A stretch of DNA of 26,652 bases from Bacillota bacterium (lineage in GTDB: Bacteria; Bacillota; Clostridia; Christensenellales; Pumilibacteraceae): assembly GCA_009780875.1 (NCBI GenBank), contig WQZE01000001.1, positions 1-26,652 on the forward strand, written 5' to 3'. Each line of letters starts with the position of its first letter. Within the stretch, counting starts at the first letter, position 1. A model generated the notes under the pieces. That model made no database searches, was not told where the DNA came from, and saw nothing but the letters and a program-made list of their open reading frames with translations. Position numbers and translations under genes: made by a program. Of this stretch, positions 24,431-26,652 are shown piece by piece.

Positions 24431-25021
24431 ATGGATATTTTAGCGTTTGTGTTATTGCTTGGGCTTGTGCCGCTAGTATGTGTCTTGTGTGGGGCATATT
24501 TTGTGTACAAGATTGTGGTGCTCGTCAAAAGGCAGATACGCTTGCGAAATAGTATCACGCTGATTGACCTCAAATTCAACAAAGTGCACTATATTTTGTT
24601 TTCAAGTGTGGTTTTTATTTTGTCTGTGTATACGGTTTTTCAATTGTTTGATGGGCGGAGTCCGGATACCATCTTTTTTGCAGAGCATTTTGCCTTTGAA
24701 AAATGGCAGACCAATATAGCCCTTGGTGGAATCTTGTTGGTACAAGTCTTGTTTTTTGCGTTGTTGTTGACCATTGCGTTGTCCAAGAGTGCCATTGTGG
24801 ACAAAGGTGTGTATACGGGCATAGGTTATATAGAGTGGCACTTTTTGTATGATTATTTGATAGATATGCACAATCACGCAGTCGTCTTGACGGCAAGCAA
24901 AAGCACTTTTTTGACCGTACTCAATACGACACCCCTTTTGCGTGTGGATAAAAATAATATTCAAAAGTTGATTTTTATACTCAACAAAAACAAAAACAAG
25001 TTCAATCAAATGATTGAGTAG
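24431..25021 (+). CDS. Hypothetical membrane protein (three hydrophobic segments plus soluble C-terminal domain)
   Basis: 196-aa ORF; GVYTGIGYIEW motif after the last hydrophobic segment. Confidence 0.75.
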   Translation: MDILAFVLLLGLVPLVCVLCGAYFVYKIVVLVKRQIRLRNSITLIDLKFNKVHYILFSSVVFILSVYTVFQLFDGRSPDTIFFAEHFAFEKWQTNIALGGILLVQVLFFALLLTIALSKSAIVDKGVYTGIGYIEWHFLYDYLIDMHNHAVVLTASKSTFLTVLNTTPLLRVDKNNIQKLIFILNKNKNKFNQMIE

Positions 25022-25473
25022 AGCCCAAGCCCTTTTGTGCGTGTCAAAACGCTCGGGGTCTTGTGATGTGGATGAGGAGAATTTTGTGAGCGATCATAAA
25101 AAAAATAAAGAGGAAAATGGGAGTGACAATTTGTCCAATGTGCCTTATGGGTGGAGACATAGACTCAGTATATCCAACAAACAAATCAAGCAATCCAAGT
25201 TGTTTAGGACCATTATCCTAGAACAAAGCGAAAGGGATAGAGTCTTGCCTTCAATGCGTCCCGAGTGAGCACCTTCTCAACAACACAAGCACCTTGGGCA
25301 CAAAGGGTGTTGAAAAGGCAAGGTCTTGTTTGACAAAATGCTTTGTGGAGACTGTGCGTGTTGCTAGGGTAGGTTTGTAGGGGATAGCAAAACACAAGTT
25401 TTGTGGAGTGCCTTTGTTTTTGAAAGTTTGCTCTCTTGCTTGTGGCAAACTTTTATTTTATGGACTGTGGATT

Positions 25474-25869
25474 ATGACAACAAATAAGACGGACAAGTTG
25501 CAAAGGAGTGGAGAGGATTATTTGGAGGCAATTTATACCATTTTGCAAACGGATGACCACGCCCATTCGGTAGATATTGCCAAGGCACTCGGAGTCACCA
25601 AGCCGAGTGCCTTTGTTGCCTTGCAAAACCTTGCCGAGCAAGGGTATATTAGCAAGCAGTTGTATGGTGCGGTGGTGCTCACACCCAAAGGGGTGGCGTA
25701 TGCACAAAGTGTGCTACAAAAACACAAAGCGATTACCAAATTATTTGTGGATATTTTGGGCGTGGACCCAAAAGTTGCGGAACAAGATGCGTGCAAGGTG
25801 GAGCATTGTTTGAGTGAGCAAACGACCCAAAAACTGTATGAATTTTTGGAAACAAAGGACAAGAAATAA
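25474..25869 (+). CDS. DtxR/MntR-family metal-dependent transcriptional regulator
   Basis: SGEDYLEAIY, HSVDIAKALGVTKPS, YGAVVLTPKG, KHKAITKLF, DACKVEH.LS. Confidence 0.93.
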   Translation: MTTNKTDKLQRSGEDYLEAIYTILQTDDHAHSVDIAKALGVTKPSAFVALQNLAEQGYISKQLYGAVVLTPKGVAYAQSVLQKHKAITKLFVDILGVDPKVAEQDACKVEHCLSEQTTQKLYEFLETKDKK

Positions 25870-26355
25870 ATGTGCCATCAAAGCAAGGAAGATTTTATGA
25901 AACAAGCCTTGGCACAAGCAAGGCAAGCCTTGCAAAGGGGCGAGGTGCCCATTGGAGCGGTGGTTGTGTGTGAGGGGCGTGTGGTGGGTGCGGGCTACAA
26001 CCAGCGTATACAAGAGAGTGATGCCACTGCACACGCTGAGGTGGTTGCTTTGCGACAAGCAGGGCGTGCCTTGGGGCGATGGAACTTGTCAGGATGTCAA
26101 TTGTATGTGACGCTTGAACCGTGTGTGATGTGTGCTGGTGCCATCGTGAACGCAAGAATTGACACCGTGTATTATGGAGCCAAGGATGACAAGTGGGGTG
26201 CAATGGGCAGTCGCTACCAAATAGGGAGCGAGGACAAATGCAATCACCGTTGCCAAGTGGAGAGCGGGATTTTGCAAGAGGAATGCGGTGCTTTGTTGCG
26301 TGATTTTTTTTCAGCGTTACGCCATCAAAAAAAGGAATTGGGAGAGAGCAAATGA
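25870..26355 (+). CDS. tadA: tRNA adenosine(34) deaminase
   Basis: GEVPIGAVVV, HAE, LYVTLEPCVMCAGAI, YGAKDDKWGA, LLRDFF. Confidence 0.92.
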   Translation: MCHQSKEDFMKQALAQARQALQRGEVPIGAVVVCEGRVVGAGYNQRIQESDATAHAEVVALRQAGRALGRWNLSGCQLYVTLEPCVMCAGAIVNARIDTVYYGAKDDKWGAMGSRYQIGSEDKCNHRCQVESGILQEECGALLRDFFSALRHQKKELGESK

Positions 26356-26652
26356 AAAATATTTTGTGTATCAATGATTTGTCGTGCTATGCACATTGCA
26401 GTCTTGCGGTGGCAATGCCCGTCCTTGCAAAGTATGGGCATAGAGCGGTGGCGTTGCCTACGGCATTGTTTAGCACGCATACAGGCGTGGAGGGATTTTG
26501 TCACTTTGATACAAGCCCCTTTTTGCAACAAGCACAAGAGCATTTTGAAAAGTTGGGTTTGCAATTTGATTGGGTGTATAGTGGCTTTTTGGGCACCACT
26601 GCCCAAGTGGATTGGCTGGGTGACTTGTTTGCAAAGACCCAAAAGCAAAAGC
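26352..26652 (+). CDS. pdxK: Pyridoxal/pyridoxamine kinase, truncated by the window end (absent from the ORF track)
   Basis: ATGA overlap with tadA and a GGAGAG RBS. Translates as MKNILCINDLSCYAHCSLAVAMPVLAKYGHRAVALPTALFSTHTG...FDWVYSGFLGT. Confidence 0.88.
   Translation, partial: MKNILCINDLSCYAHCSLAVAMPVLAKYGHRAVALPTALFSTHTGVEGFCHFDTSPFLQQAQEHFEKLGLQFDWVYSGFLGTTAQVDWLGDLFAKTQKQK

Noticed and set aside
25014-25470. 84-aa ORF (25014-25268) and an imperfect hairpin near 25275-25318 as a possible gene or riboswitch upstream of the DtxR-family gene
   Set aside because: No convincing RBS or motif for the ORF. The hairpin matches no riboswitch or T-box consensus I can recognise, and TTGACA at 25330 has no matching -10. 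An Rfam scan would settle it.

Overview
The window is mostly housekeeping chromosome from a probable spore-forming Bacillota (Clostridia-like) organism. This is inferred from YyaC-like and DUF1540 genes, rsmG-mfd followed by a PrsA-like lipoprotein, and consensus sigma-A promoters. An AT-rich accessory block interrupts it at about 3740-8600 (spot counts of 60-nt lines gave about 25-33% GC versus about 55% in mfd). The block holds three genes: a small membrane-anchored protein and an ATP-grasp/radical-SAM fusion on the + strand, and a convergent pentapeptide-repeat protein on the - strand. The most striking feature is a perfect 31-bp inverted repeat (GTACACAACAAAGGATAATTGTATATTATGG, 4021-4051 and 8549-8579) that brackets these genes. 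Each copy contains the ribosome-binding site and ATG of the outermost gene, and a perfect consensus promoter lies just outside the left copy. This is the geometry expected of an invertible whole-cassette expression switch, although no recombinase is encoded in the window. Immediately left of the block, two consecutive genes (a DEAD-box helicase and a flavin reductase) each carry one in-frame stop at a conserved position. Other oddities are a glycine-zipper protein with a membrane partner, two apparently leaderless genes, a P-type ATPase lacking the M4 glutamate, an orphan holin-like gene behind a leader terminator, and a degenerate prephenate dehydratase. No rRNA, tRNA, CRISPR array, transposase or integrase was recognised. 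All family assignments come from motif recognition by eye; no database searches were run.
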